Assembly (NCBI GenBank): GCA_951406725.2
Contig: OX597827.1
Coordinates: 25,792,001-25,856,000, forward strand
Source of the DNA: Octopus vulgaris
Lineage: Eukaryota
Reading direction: 5' to 3'
DNA: 64,000 bases
The notes under the pieces are model-generated. The model was not told where the DNA came from. It saw only the letters and a program-made list of their open reading frames with translations, and made no database searches. Below are positions 40,962 through 55,617 of the stretch, piece by piece. Position 1 is the first letter of the stretch; every line of letters begins with the position of its first letter. The translations under genes were made by a program, and so were the position numbers.

Positions 40962-41052
<91 letters not shown>

Positions 41053-41479
41053 ACACATATATATATATATGTATACATACACACACACACATGTATATAT
41101 ATATATATATATAAACATACATACACACACACACACATACACGCATGCGTACACAGGCATACACACACGTGTGCGTGTGTATGCGTGTGTATGTGTGTGT
41201 GCAGCATGCGTTTGATTGCTGTTTGAGCATGCGCATAGTATCATTTATGGAGTTTCACAGGTTTAGAACGCAAAGTTAGTATATGAAGCAGAACTCCCCC
41301 CACCCGAATATTTCTATATATGCATATAAAATATATGCATGTATTTTTATAAATTGTCCGATATCTTGAATATGTGTTAAATACTTTATACACATCTGTT
41401 TAGTTAAGGACTCCATTCTCGATTCTTGGATGCATATTGTTCATAAAACCGATATCCAAAAATATACTCGGGTTGGATT

Positions 41480-42000
41480 GGTGTCAAGTGGTTGAAGAGT
41501 GATGCTTGAAATTTGGAAGTTTAAAGAGATTCTTCTGCATGCAAATGGCGGATGTTTCTTTCCTAAATTTTAAAATGTTCACTGTTGATGTTAACATGTA
41601 TACTTTGTATATGATACAGAAGTCGCATTGGCTGCACCGTCACCTGTATTTCCTGGCCTTAGATATGATGCTCAAATTTGTAGGGGGGTGGGGTCCACGT
41701 AACTCTTTTTAAGTTACCATGGTAAAAAATACGTTTTCGTTTTATATCTTTTATCTTTGACTAAGCGAAGTCAATAGTTGTGTGTATCATTCCTTGAAGA
41801 AATATGCAGTTATTCCGACATAAGTTTTCATTATTCCGTTTATGCCAGTCATGTTGACCTGTACACCAGTCCCTATTTTCACGCACATATCGTTCAGAGA
41901 ACATTTACATTTATCTACAATTAAAAGATTTATGAGGTGTGCTCCTAATTCAAAAATCACATTTCCTATCTTGGAAAAATAACCAATATCTATTTAACAC
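41480..42000 (-). pseudogene. Degenerate PLE GIY-YIG endonuclease remnant
   Basis: Hand translation across frameshifts gives KCSLNDMC..LVY...MKTYVGITAYFFKE...LSIISKARKY...CSQCDFC...RKETSAIC, colinear with the 19829-21080 C-terminus. Confidence 0.65.
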
Positions 42001-42471
42001 CGAGCTGCCATTAAAGATCTTGTGGTACTTATGTAACATTAATTGCAAACTGGTCGAAGAATAAATAAATAGATTGATAAATTATTTGTAATTTTCTAAA
42101 ATACATCACAAATTCTGAGAGCAAAACATGAACAGGTGAATAGCTAAAATAATTACGGAGTGCATAGACTAAAAAAAAGGAAACAAAACAGAAAACATTC
42201 CTGAATATAAGGTACAAAATTGTGAGTGGTATTTGAAAGAATTATTCCCAGTTTCAATGTAATTTAGTGAGATCCATCATCATTTTATTAACTTTATTAG
42301 CGATATCTGTATAACCTTTCCACATTATTTTTATTGGGATTAAGAACCAAACAAAGGTACCAGAAGACATAGACTTAGATACATGCTTACAAACATACAT
42401 ATAAACATACTATACATGCATATATGTATGTACGTACGTATGTATGCATGTATGTGGATATGGGGAAACTG

Positions 42472-42578
<107 letters not shown>

Positions 42579-42870
42579 CAAGAGTAAGTGAGGGGAGAGT
42601 GCGAAAGACTGACAGAAAGTAACTTTTATTCAATAATTCTACTTCTACATGTATATGCATGCATCCACTCTACATACTCGGACTTACTCACGCACACACA
42701 CGTAATACATATATATTTGCATATAAATTTATCTATATGCATACGTATATACGTATGTATATATATATATATATATATATATGTTTACGTATGCATATAT
42801 ATATAATTGTATATATATATGTGTGTGTATAGATATATATATAAATATATGCATTTATATATGTGCATTT

Positions 42871-42902
<32 letters not shown>

Positions 42903-43375
42903 ATATATGTATGTATATATACATATATATAGATATATATGTACGCGCGCGCGCGTGTGTGTATACATGCATACATACGTATATCCAGGCTTAAAAAGTA
43001 ATGCAAATGCCTATTGAATCAGTTTACGGCATGCTATCACGCACGAAACAAATCATAACATTTTTATTGCAACACACATCCTTGTCATATTTTGTATGTT
43101 TGTCAACAAAATATTGTAAACTTACCTTATTTTATTACCGTACAGATAAAATTTCATTTCAATATTTCACTTGAGTATTTCCAACATTTCAGTAACGTAA
43201 GAATTTCCATGATCTTATATTTTTGTCGTCTTAACATAATGTGGTGGCCATTTTAAAGGAGGTGAACTTAAATAGAAACGTGAATATGTTTGTTCTTAAA
43301 TGAAAAGCAATTTCACGTTGAATCCTAGCTTTCACATAAAGTGAAATATATTGATTCCTGAAGTGACTATCTATC

Positions 43376-43576
<201 letters not shown>

Positions 43577-43814
43577 GTATATATATATCTTAGTAAGGAA
43601 AGACACACAAAAAAGAAAGAAGAAAGAAAAGGACCATTGATGCGGTCACAGAAGTGTGACGAAAGAACTCTAGCCGAAATGCGATTAATATAAAATAAAG
43701 CTGAAGCAAGTGAACACCAAATATATAGTGCGCGTATTTTTCTTGGCTAAAGTTGCAACATGACCATCCCCAAATGCAACAACACACACACACACACATA
43801 TATATATAAATATA

Positions 43815-44062
43815 ATCATATCAATGCGAAATGGAAATTAATAGAAATTCTCATTTCCAGTGGCCTAGCATGTAAAAATTTAGTCCATAAAATACAGTGT
43901 ACATTTAAACACACAAGGAATCCAAAATGTTTTTATTTTTTCATTTCTTTCTTGTCGAATTTTATCCCTACTTTTGTAGTTATAGGACGTAGCTGTTCTA
44001 TCTAGCGTGTTGAATCCCATGAGTGGCATCCTTATGTGTTTAAATAAACACTGTATTTTATG
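43815..44062 (-). mobile_element. Small fold-back unit related to 7772-8430
   Basis: Arms 43886-43919 and 44029-44062. The tail shares ccagtggcctagcatgta with the reverse complement of the 8357-8430 tail. TA-rich flanks. Confidence 0.6.
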
Positions 44063-44709
44063 ACATATATATACATCATAGTGATTACTTCGTGTTGCCA
44101 TAATAGCAGGCTCAGTTAATCGACATCATTCTCTTGATAGATATAATGTCTGTATGTCGCCTCAGGACAATATGAACTGGATAGAATTTGATGTCTCTAT
44201 AAATCTGAGGTAAAGTAACATACACTTGTACGACACGTATCCCACTCTCTAAGGATCACAAACGTGAATCCTATACTCGGCAGCGATACCAACTGCTTGT
44301 TTAAATTCGGAGTGTTCCCTTAGATTATTACTTGTAAAGGGTACGTACAAATCGGCAGTTATTTGAAAAAAGGCGATTTATACAAAAGAATAATGCCGTT
44401 GTCTCTCATGATTTCAAAAGTCCTTCTGCTTTTATGCCCTAGGACGTCCAAAATCATGATCTTAATCGAAACGGATTAGTGTGATTGCCAGTTTAGTCGC
44501 CAACAAGCCCATCAATCAACATATTACAGTTGCTTACACGTGGCCAATTGCACTTTGCATTTAGCTGTTACAAGCCCGCACACACAAATATTTATGTATG
44601 TGTGTGTGTACATATACAGCCTCGAGTCTATTAAAACCTTGTGAGCGGATTTGGTAGAGAAAAACTGAAAGGTTCTCGTTCTGTGCATATTAACGCCTCT
44701 ATCTTTCTT

Positions 44710-44850
<141 letters not shown>

Positions 44851-45110
44851 GTATGTATTAATTTGTTAAAATGGAGAAGAGATGTTGAAATTTGAAATAA
44901 TTTTAATACATGCATGCGATCGTTTCAAACAGCGATATTAACCTCAGATTTAGTTTATACACATTGTTTAGTACGCTCTCAATTTGCATGAGGATAAATA
45001 TATATATATTTTCCGTCCTTGTTTCCTTGTATCCTCTATCTGGATGTTTTGTTGTCCGATTTTTGTATCACTTCGGTGTCTAGTTATTTTGCGTTCTTGT
45101 CCCATTTTGT

Positions 45111-45234
<124 letters not shown>

Positions 45235-45235
45235 T

Positions 45236-45266
<31 letters not shown>

Positions 45267-45312
45267 TACATACATACATACATACATACACACACACACA
45301 TATATATATGCA

Positions 45313-45349
<37 letters not shown>

Positions 45350-46184
45350 TTAGGGAGTTGCCTAATAATGGTTTTATCTCTAATTTAATTTATATATATA
45401 TATACATATAATATTAATATAAATACTATATAAATATATGCATATATACATACGTATATGTACATAACTACATATATATGTATATATATATGCATATATA
45501 GGAATATATACTTATATATTATATACATGTAGATAGATACGTATATACGTATATATATATTTGAGTTTGTGTGTACATGTGTGTGCATGTGTGAGCGTGT
45601 ATGTAGGTATTATGTACATATGTACCTACCTATGAAAGAAACAACTGGTGAAGCAAAACTTGCTGGTATGTATATATGAGTCTACGTATAAGTATACCTG
45701 TATCTGTTGTAATATACCTTCGTGCACCTACGCGCATGTGTGTGACTCCGTGTTTTTATTGGTTCCCATTATCAAACAGCATATATGGAATATATACGTT
45801 TTCATTCCTTTTAACATCATATTAGATATAATTGCTCGATGAAAATCAGTAAACTAAATGATGTGGCAGAAGAAAGAAGAAACGAGATAATAATTATAGC
45901 CAATTCTTTTACGTGGAGACTACGTTTCGAGACTTACATGTTTGTAAACAAAGCAATTAATGTTTCGTCGTATACCTGGTAGAGACAAACATTTCTGTAC
46001 AAGAGAGCGGGAAGAGGGAGGGGAACGGAAGACGAGGAAAACTGAAGAGGAGAGTGGTAAACAGACAGGTGAATATAGAAATACACACATACACACACAC
46101 ACGTATATATATATGTGTGTGTGTGTGTGTGTATGTATGTATCCACTTATAAACAAATAAACGTAATTAGAAATGTATACATGT

Positions 46185-46232
<48 letters not shown>

Positions 46233-46503
46233 CTGACAATATCTATCTCTTTATATATTTCCATATATGTATATTTATATGCCTATATCTACATGTGTAT
46301 ATATATATGTATTTGTATGTATAAATTTACGCTCAGGGGAGCACTTGTAAATTGATATATAAATATAGAGACACACGGACATACAGACAGACAGACAAAG
46401 GGGGAGAAAGACAGAGATATAGATAGACAGACAAATAGATAGATAGGTAGATGTGGAGACTGATGCAGGCAGAGTGAGGAAGCGAGAGTGGTTCGATACA
46501 TAC

Positions 46504-46557
<54 letters not shown>

Positions 46558-46829
46558 CGAGTGAGAGAGAGAGAGAGAGAGAGAAAAGAGAGGAGGAGAG
46601 GCAGAAAAGGAAAGACTAATAAAAGATTGGTGAGGTTTGCCATTAACAATTAGAAAGATGAAAGAAATCACTTCCTTTCATTTCTGTGCCGCATAATAAC
46701 CTTTAATGTTGAAATCGGTGTTTCAACAACATAACAATTGTTGATGGGATAGCAAATAAATAAACTAAGAACAAAAAGACAATAATGATAACGTTAACAC
46801 GAAGAAGAAAAAGAAGAAGAGCAGCAACA

Positions 46830-46859
46830 ACGATATTATTATTACTATTATTATTATTG

Positions 46860-46923
<64 letters not shown>

Positions 46924-46924
46924 A

Positions 46925-47013
<89 letters not shown>

Positions 47014-47020
47014 TATTATT
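46830..47020. repeat. (ATT)n array
   Basis: Simple repeat. Confidence 0.95.
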
Positions 47021-47136
47021 ATCACGACCGCCAATTTAATCATTAAAATTAAACATACATAATTATACATGACGCAACCGCATGCACACGTATCAACACA
47101 TACGCATATATATATGGCTATATACTTCCCTACGCG

Positions 47137-47168
<32 letters not shown>

Positions 47169-48184
47169 TGTTTATGTATATATATATATATATATATATA
47201 TACAGTGAGAATTTACAAAAGAACAATAGACGAAGATGGTTGTGTAAACAACAAACAGATGTATTAGTATAAGGCTCGGGAAGTAAAGAAGAGTCTACGC
47301 TCTTCGACGGAAACGAAAACAGAAATAAACAGGGAAAGAATATGAAAAAGGTTTAGTGGCTAGCGAACTATCATGGCGAATGCCGGACAGAGGTGTAACA
47401 CAGGAGTGCTAGGAAGAAGGGGAGATAATAAAGTAGTGGTGATCCGAAAATGAAGGTGTGAGTGTGTGTGTATGTGGGAGCGTGAATGTGCATGTGGATG
47501 GGGGCTGGTGACCTTGACGTGTATATATATGAATATTCATGTACAGAGATATATTTCTCAAAGACTCAACAGTATATCTATATTATTTTCTATTCTAGGC
47601 ACAAGGCTCGAAATTTTGGGGGAGGAGGCCAGTTGATTAGTTCGACCCCAATGCACATTATTGGTGGTGATGGTGATGGTGATGGTGATGCCGATTCTGA
47701 TGATGGTGTTGGTGATGATGTTGTTCATGGGGATGCAGGTGAGGCTAATTGTGATGACAGTTACAAGTGTCATCTCTGCCAAACCACACCATCATTATTA
47801 ACTTCACGATAACCATCTGTTCCATGATGATGCTGAAGAAAATGATAATGCCGCTGCTGCTGATAATGATTCATCTATCTGCTTCACTCTCTCTCTCTCC
47901 TTCTCTCTCTTTCACTCTTTATCTCTCCCTCCATCTCTCTATCTATTTATCTACAGTATAAATATATGTGCATATAGGTGTGTATATGTACATAAGTAAA
48001 TGCAGCTTACACAAATATATCAATATGTTTATATTACTTAATGCTGACATGTGTATTCGCATTTCCTGCTGTATTTCAAGTTTACCATAGACATTCTTAT
48101 CAACATATGCCTCTGTTTTGGTCTTGGTTCGGTCCTTATTCATTCTTATTCGATAATCAAAACTGTTGACAATGTTCATTATAT

Positions 48185-48221
<37 letters not shown>

Positions 48222-48329
48222 CCCTCATTTATGTATGTATGTATGTATGTATGTATGTATGTATGTATGTATGTATGTATGTATGTATGTATGTATGTAT
48301 GTATGTATGTATGTATGTATGTATGTATA

Positions 48330-48722
<393 letters not shown>

Positions 48723-48959
48723 ATATATATATATATATATATATATATGAGTTCCAGATTATCTTTGCAGTTTTGGCAATGTGTATCTATTCTTCTGTGA
48801 AGTCTTGGTTGGATGGACACACGGTCACATTGAAGGAATCGAAAATTAAATAGCTCTCGTATTGCCGACCGATCTCGCTTTCTATGTCCTCTAAGTCTTT
48901 GAATAATATGCATCTGTTTGCTGCTCTCCTGTCTAGTCAATTTAGTTCAGTATACCCAT

Positions 48960-49365
48960 GAAGTATTGTTAAGAAGTCTGTTTTCCAATCACATGGATGT
49001 AGGTTCATCTCCACTGCGTGGCACCTTGAATAGGTGATTTCTGCAACATCCTCGGAGTTTTGTGAATAAATGTGATAGATGGAAACTGATAGCACCCAGT
49101 TGTTCATATATGTCTGTATGTGTACGTGTGTAGGGTGTGTGTGTGTATGTGTGTGTGTGTGTGTGTTTGCGTTCGTCTTTCTGTTGGTCACCCAGCACCA
49201 CTTGACAACCGGTGTTCTTTTACAACCCCGTAACGTAGCGGTTTGGCGGAAGACATCCATAATATAACCACAAAACTGAAATAAGTTACTGGGGTGAATT
49301 TGTTCGAAAAGCCCTTTAAGGCGGGGCCCCAGCATGACCGCAGACAGTAACCGAAACAAGCAGAA
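48960..49365 (+). mobile_element. SINE family B
   Basis: ggttcatctccactgcgtggcaccttg...gcggtttggc...ccagcatgaccgcag. Confidence 0.7.
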
Positions 49366-50267
49366 AAATATAGAAAAATATCAGCTTCGAAACTAAAAAG
49401 AGAAACGCATCAGTTATTTTTTAAAGGGACTGATTATTGGTAGGGCCTATATTGTAATAATTTGTAAAATATCATGATTGCTTTAGTATAATAATGTTGT
49501 ACTATTCATCGTTTGGTTATTTAATAATATTTATTTTGTTCATTCTTATATATATTTTGTTATTATAATTAAAGTAAAATGTAATGACTGATTTTTTGTG
49601 TAATTACTTAGAATAATAGGTAATATTAGTTGAATAGTAGAGTTCGTTATTTATGCAAATCGGTAAATTCGAGACACTGAAACCAGTTTTATTTATTACT
49701 ATATATCCAATGTTTTGTTGAAATATTATTGCCAGATTCTTATTTCGTGATGATATATCAAAATAAACTAAAACACTTTAAATGACGTCACATTTGCCAA
49801 TCTTGAATATATTGTTTAAAACATGGTTGCCCACAGCTAACCAGGGTATTTAATTCAGTTTCATTTGTCTAAGCATTCACACCATAGTTGAAACCCTAGA
49901 TATATTTAATATTTCATTATAGCATGGAACACAATACTGCTTCAAGCGTCAGTGATTTGTAATTGTTAATATATATATGTACAGTATACGTTGTATGCAT
50001 ATGGTAGTGTAAATATGAGAGATACACACACACACCAGTACACGCACATATGTATAACACCACATCTATCTGTATTATATATTTAGCTGTCTATATTTTA
50101 TATATATATATACATACATTGATAGATATATAGATATATAGATAAATAGATATAGATAGATAGATAGATAAAGAGACACGCAGACAGATAGTTATATATA
50201 GAGAGATAGATAGATAGATAAATAGATAAATGGATAGATAGATGGAGAGATAGATAGAGATAGATAG

Positions 50268-50349
<82 letters not shown>

Positions 50350-51369
50350 TTAGATAGATAGATAGATAATGATATTAGCATATCAGCTAAGACATGTATC
50401 ATATATTCTGGCAAATACTCGTCTCCAATAGGAGACTAGCTTCATTCCAATTTTAAACACAAGGAACTTGATTCAATATTATCTAAAAGCAATTTTAGTT
50501 CTGATATACACAGCCACGTTGATGAAACACAGAAGAAATAAAGATAAAATTAGCGGCTCTCTTGTGCTACTTAATTACTATTTTATCTTTATAATTCGTC
50601 TACTGCTGCGTGTCAGTATGATAAGCAATTCTAGTATTGATGTATAGGCTTATTTTTCTCCAATCACTCATTTTTGTTGTATCGCCATTCGATACTCATT
50701 CTATAAAGTCGGTTATGCTCCTCTGGTCATCTACGATTTATAGTAATAGGACAGCTATCACAAAATATACAGCGACATTTCTGTATTAAAAGAGAATGTT
50801 GTATGCATTTATGTGAGCAGAAGTCCAGAGAGACATATTTAAACCTCTAAATATATTTACTGCAATAACAGTTCTGTATCCAATGAATTAAATTAAAGAA
50901 GTTTTGATGTTTGGCCTTCAGTTGTTAATACAGAGTGCAGAGAAGGCGTAAAACGGTTCAAAAATATACAAATTCAGAGAACACAGCCATACCTCTAGCA
51001 AAAAGAATTATTTTGGAAAATAAAAAGACAACTTATTGTCATCATTTAAATTCAGAAATTGTAATAAAATGAAATATATTTCTTTACTCCATCATTTACA
51101 AAATTGATCACTTTACAATTCAAATCATCTTCAACATAGCAAGGAAACCAACATGTATTTGATTATAATATGTAAACGTAAAAGCAACAACAAATATCAT
51201 TTCAAATTTCATGGTTTACTTGTCCTTTGAAGCACGAATTTCATATAGAAAAGGCTGTCTACGAAACACGACCTATGCAGCTACTTAGTGGTCCTGTGAT
51301 CACCGTTCCTACCACAGATGAATTCTTTCATTCTGTCCTTGACCAGTTCTATATTCCGTTTAATGTAGA

Positions 51370-51476
51370 ATATTATCTTTTGCCGAACCGCTAATTTACG
51401 GGGACGTAAACGCACCAGCATAGGTTGTCAAGCGATAGTGGGGGGACAAACACAAACACACAAATATATACATATA

Positions 51477-51524
<48 letters not shown>

Positions 51525-51900
51525 ATCCGAACATGAACAAAGAGAAAACACAACAACGCGAGGACGTGGAACAAGTTTAGTGTTATTGGACGCTCATGAA
51601 AGGAAAGAAAGAAGGAGGACTTAACGTTTCGAGTGGAGCTCTTCGTCAGAAGGAAGGGAAGACGGAGAAAGAAAATCGCCAACGATACACACGCGGTCAC
51701 ATACACACACACACATACACGCACACACATATATATATACGACGGGCTTCTTTCAGTTTCCGTCTACCAAATCCACTTACAAGGCTTTGGTAGGCCCAGG
51801 GCTGTAGGAGAAGATACTTGTCCAATGTGTCACGCAGTGGGATTGAACCCAGAACCATGTGGTTGGTAAGCAAGCTGCTTAACACACAGCAACTCTTGGG
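51370..51900 (-). mobile_element. SINE family B with a nested hammerhead-bearing insert (51521-51700)
   Basis: Head at 51740-51900 and 3' half at 51370-51460. The insert sits in the internal microsatellite. Confidence 0.75.
51620..51652 (-). ncRNA. Minimal type I hammerhead-like motif
   Basis: ctt-CTGACGA-a-gag(ctcca)ctc-GAAACGT-T-aag, with a palindromic AACGTT stem III. Confidence 0.7.
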
Positions 51901-53171
51901 CCTAGTTGAACAAAATTACAAACATCAAAATATGTTTTCATGACAACAAATTCGGCGGGAATTCCTATATTCATTACAATCTTTCGGAGCTTTGCGCTGT
52001 TTTGGGAAAAAACATCGAATCAATTGAAATAGATACGCCTAAAATAATACACTTGCGTTATTATCCCAGTATGTTATGTCAAAATGAAATTATGTCTTAC
52101 TAAGTCTGATTCTTCCCCTAAACCACATTCACACAATATTTTTCTCTCGCGTGCATCTGGACTTTTGACTTTTGTTCTGTTGAATTAACATTTCTTTTTC
52201 ACTTTTTACCATGAATATCATTGTTCAAAATGTTATTTCTGTCAAAGTAGCAGAAGAGGCCTTCTTTATAATTGAATTGTTGCTTCGAATACGGAATTCT
52301 CTCGACTGATGTCTATAGGAGAAAGTGAATTCTAGTCTGCCGCAGTTGTAAAGAAAACACTTCCCCGGAAAACAATAGCTAATCCAATCTCTGGAGCACA
52401 GGGATTCATTACATTGAAACTCCATAAATGAAACAACGAAATAATAATGATTTAAATTTAAATAATTTATTATAACGAATGATTTGTTGAAGATACTTAA
52501 GTATTCCTAATATCGGTTTATATGTCTATCTACCAGCTGTAGAGTATGATACAGCTAATATTCTTCTTAAGAAAGGGACACACAGACATTAGCTAGATTA
52601 ATGTTACGTAATTAATCTACTCGTAATCTGGTACGTATGTTATATCAAAGATATAACATAATTTATAATATGTGCCATGAAGTGAAGTATTGTTTATGGT
52701 TGTTTCTCTCATATTAGTTTGTATCTAAGTTAGTAACGTTAGTTCATTAGGGAATAAGGTCGGAATCACAACGTATTTTGTGAAGGACTTTCGTGTTGTG
52801 TGATTTCATTGTTTGGAAAAGTTTCCCGTAAAGAGAAAATGAGTCAAGTGTAGAGGTTGTAGTATAAAAATCAGCTCTGGAGGGCAGGATTAGAGGATCA
52901 TGAATTGAAACTTTGATGCGGCCCTTTCTGTTGAGGCTTGGTCTTCAGAGAAGAGGTTTTCTCGGCTGCAGGGACGATCTTTTAATGAAAGAGATGCCAC
53001 CGGGAATGAGTTAATTGTTCATTGTTGTATGTGTGTTTCCGTGTGAAGTTATGTATCCTTGGATACCAGCTTGTTCGGGTTATTTGGAAGAAAGATATTG
53101 AAAGAACTTCAAACAAAATTGTGTGGTAGCTTGAAATATTTCTAACGACATTTACAATATCAAAGATGTCT

Positions 53172-53800
53172 AAGGCGGCAAGCTGGCAGAAATGATAGCA
53201 CGCCGGGTGAAATGCTTAGTGGTATTTCGTCTGTCTTTATGTTCTTAGTTCAAATTCCGCCGGGGTCGACTTTGCCTTTCATCCTTTCGGGTTCGATAAA
53301 TTAAGTACCAGTTGCATATTGGGGTCTAACTAACCGACTGGTCTTCTCCCCAAAACTTCCGGGACTTCTGCCTAGAGTAGAAAAGAATATTAACCTTAAC
53401 CAAGGCGGCGAGCTGGCAGAAACGTTGGCACGCCCGACGAAATTCTTAGCGGTATTTCGTCTGTCTTTACGTTCTGAGTTCAAATTCCGCCGAGGTCGAC
53501 TTTGCCTTTCATCCCTTCGGGGTCGATAAACTAAGTATCAGTTACACACTGGGGTCTATATAATCGACCTAATCCCTTTGTCTGTTCTTGTTTGTCCCCT
53601 TTATGTTTAGCCTCTTGTGGGCATGATGCTTAGCATTTCGCCCGTCTTTCCACTGTGAGTTCAAATGCCGTCGAGGTCAGCGTTACCTTTCATTCTTTCA
53701 GGTTTAATAAATTAATTACTAGTTGCGTACTGGGGTTGATCTGATCGATTGGCTCCCTCCCTCAAGATGTCGGGCCTTGTGCCTAGGGTAGAAAAGAACA
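53172..53800 (+). mobile_element. Three tandem SINE family A copies
   Basis: aaggcggc.agctggcagaa...gagttcaaattccgccg.ggtcgactttgcctttcatcc.ttcggggtcgataaa at 53172, 53402 and (partial) 53625. Confidence 0.85.
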
Positions 53801-54586
53801 TCAAAAATGTCTGTTGTTATAAAAATTGCCTTGAGTAGTTGCACATGAAACAATACTTCTCCACTTCTTAGGCCTGAGTAAGTTAATGTTTTCTTTGTGC
53901 GGTAGGTGAATTTCTGTTGCCAGAGAATGCAGGTCTCTCCAATTTCAAATTAAAGAAAGATATAGGAATTTATTTCTTTTAGGAGATGGTTATCTGTTAA
54001 GTGTGCACGTTACGAATGTTAGCGTAGGAATAGAAAACGTCTCCCAAAAAGTGTTTCTTGACGAATATATACAGTATATATATACTAATATTTTAAAAAA
54101 ATTAAATATAATCTACAGTCAGTTATGACAAGTATCAATACAGTGTGATAAAATTACTTTAAAATAATATTAATGTATATCAAATATTCAGCCTGAGCGT
54201 ACAATGTAGACTTCGTTTACAATCTGTAAAATTGCGTACAATCATAGGATGTATCTGCTATTTTATCAAGCAGTCTAAATATATTGGTAATATTAGAATA
54301 TCAGGATATTAGAACATTACTGTCACATCTCCACTGATACCTGATAAACTGAATGTTGTTAATATGTATATGAGAAGCTTGTCACTAGCAACGTGATATT
54401 TTAATTAATAATCGAATTTCTCTACTATAAGCACATACTAGTGGCACATTTCTACAACAACAAATCACTGATGAATACCATCTAAGGAAGATAAGGATTT
54501 GAAAAACTCTGTCACTTCAGCAAGATATTTGACAAAAATTCATGGCAGATGTCGAAAAGGAATTACTTTTCACGTGTTACGTAACC

Positions 54587-54697
54587 TACGAGGGCTGTAT
54601 GGAAAGTCTTGAGCCTCAAAAGAAACAAAACATGGTACATGATTTCTGATGAAGGTACAAGACTTCAAGGCTCAAAACTTTGCAGACACCCCTCGTA
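54587..54697. mobile_element. Mariner-type MITE (~110 bp)
   Basis: ~30 bp TIRs tacgagggctgtatggaaagtcttgagcct / aggctcaaaactttgcagacacccctcgta, with TA ends. Confidence 0.8.
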
Positions 54698-54789
54698 TTA
54701 ATGTATATCATATATTCAGCTTGAGCGTACACTGTAGACTTCGTTTACAATCTGTAAAATTGTGTACAATCATCGGATATGTCTGCTGT

Positions 54790-55067
54790 CAGCTCATTAG
54801 GGCCGGTTTCCCGGTTTCCTTGGCGTATAGGTCCCCCCTCCTGGACGGGACGCCGGTAAGTCGCAGATGAGCTGCAAGATGCAGGAGGAAAGAGTGAGAG
54901 AAGGTTGTGGCGAAAGTGTCGGCAAGAATTCGCCATTACCTTCTGCCGGAGCCGCATGGAGTTTAGGTGTTTCGCTCATAAACACACACATCGCCCGGTC
55001 TAAGATTCGAACCCGCGATCCCTCGTCCTCGTGTCCGCTGCTTTAACCACTAGGCCATGTGCCTCCA
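54790..55067 (-). mobile_element. tRNA-derived SINE family C, 3'-truncated
   Basis: A box tggcctagtgg and B box ggttcgaatc on the minus strand; homologous to 59325-59605. Confidence 0.85.
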
Positions 55068-55351
55068 CCCCCTCGTATTTAGGGCTGGCAAATTCCTTAA
55101 CAGTCGCTATCAATTGATACACGTAGATGCGATACACACTGCTAGTCTCTTCTCATATCTCGAATATTACATACCTTGATCTATAAAGCTTACTGGTCTT
55201 ATAATTAAATGAAACCCTACAGGCAATTTACAGGCATACTAATTCTCAGTCAATAGAGATAGAAAGATTTTTTCTTGTAATTTATGTTACACGCCAGGAA
55301 ACCTGTGCTTCTGACTTCCTATTCTAAAGACAGTCAATACTGAGTTTAAAC

Positions 55352-55617
55352 CTGTGGTTCTTAACCATATTTTACCCATTGATTCTTATTTGACTCAATT
55401 GGACCCTCATAGATACTCAATGTTTAAAAAAATCCCATTATAATTTTATAATTATGCATTTTTGGAATATTATTGAGAATTTTATGAAAAATATGTTAAA
55501 ATATGTTGTGCATTATAGAACTATAACCAATTTATTGCATATAAACTTTAATAACAAAATCTTATATGGATCAACATCCCCACCAAAGATCCTGTGGTCC
55601 CCGGTTGGGAACCACTG
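55352..55617. mobile_element. hAT (Charlie-like) MITE
   Basis: TIRs c(t)gtggttcttaacc / ggttgggaaccactg, with 8-bp TSD-like flanks gtttaaac / atctaaac. Confidence 0.7.

Noticed and set aside
45915-45935. Half hammerhead (ctcGAAACGTAgtc on minus)
   Set aside because: No matching CUGANGA half found upstream.
47486-47812. Gly/Asp-rich ORF
   Set aside because: A SINE tail fragment joined to (GGTGAT)n low-complexity sequence.
52730-53140. Possible retroelement ORF remnant
   Set aside because: No identifiable motif on manual translation.
54468-54520. CTGATGA...GAAA possible hammerhead
   Set aside because: No stem I pairing and no plausible stem III.
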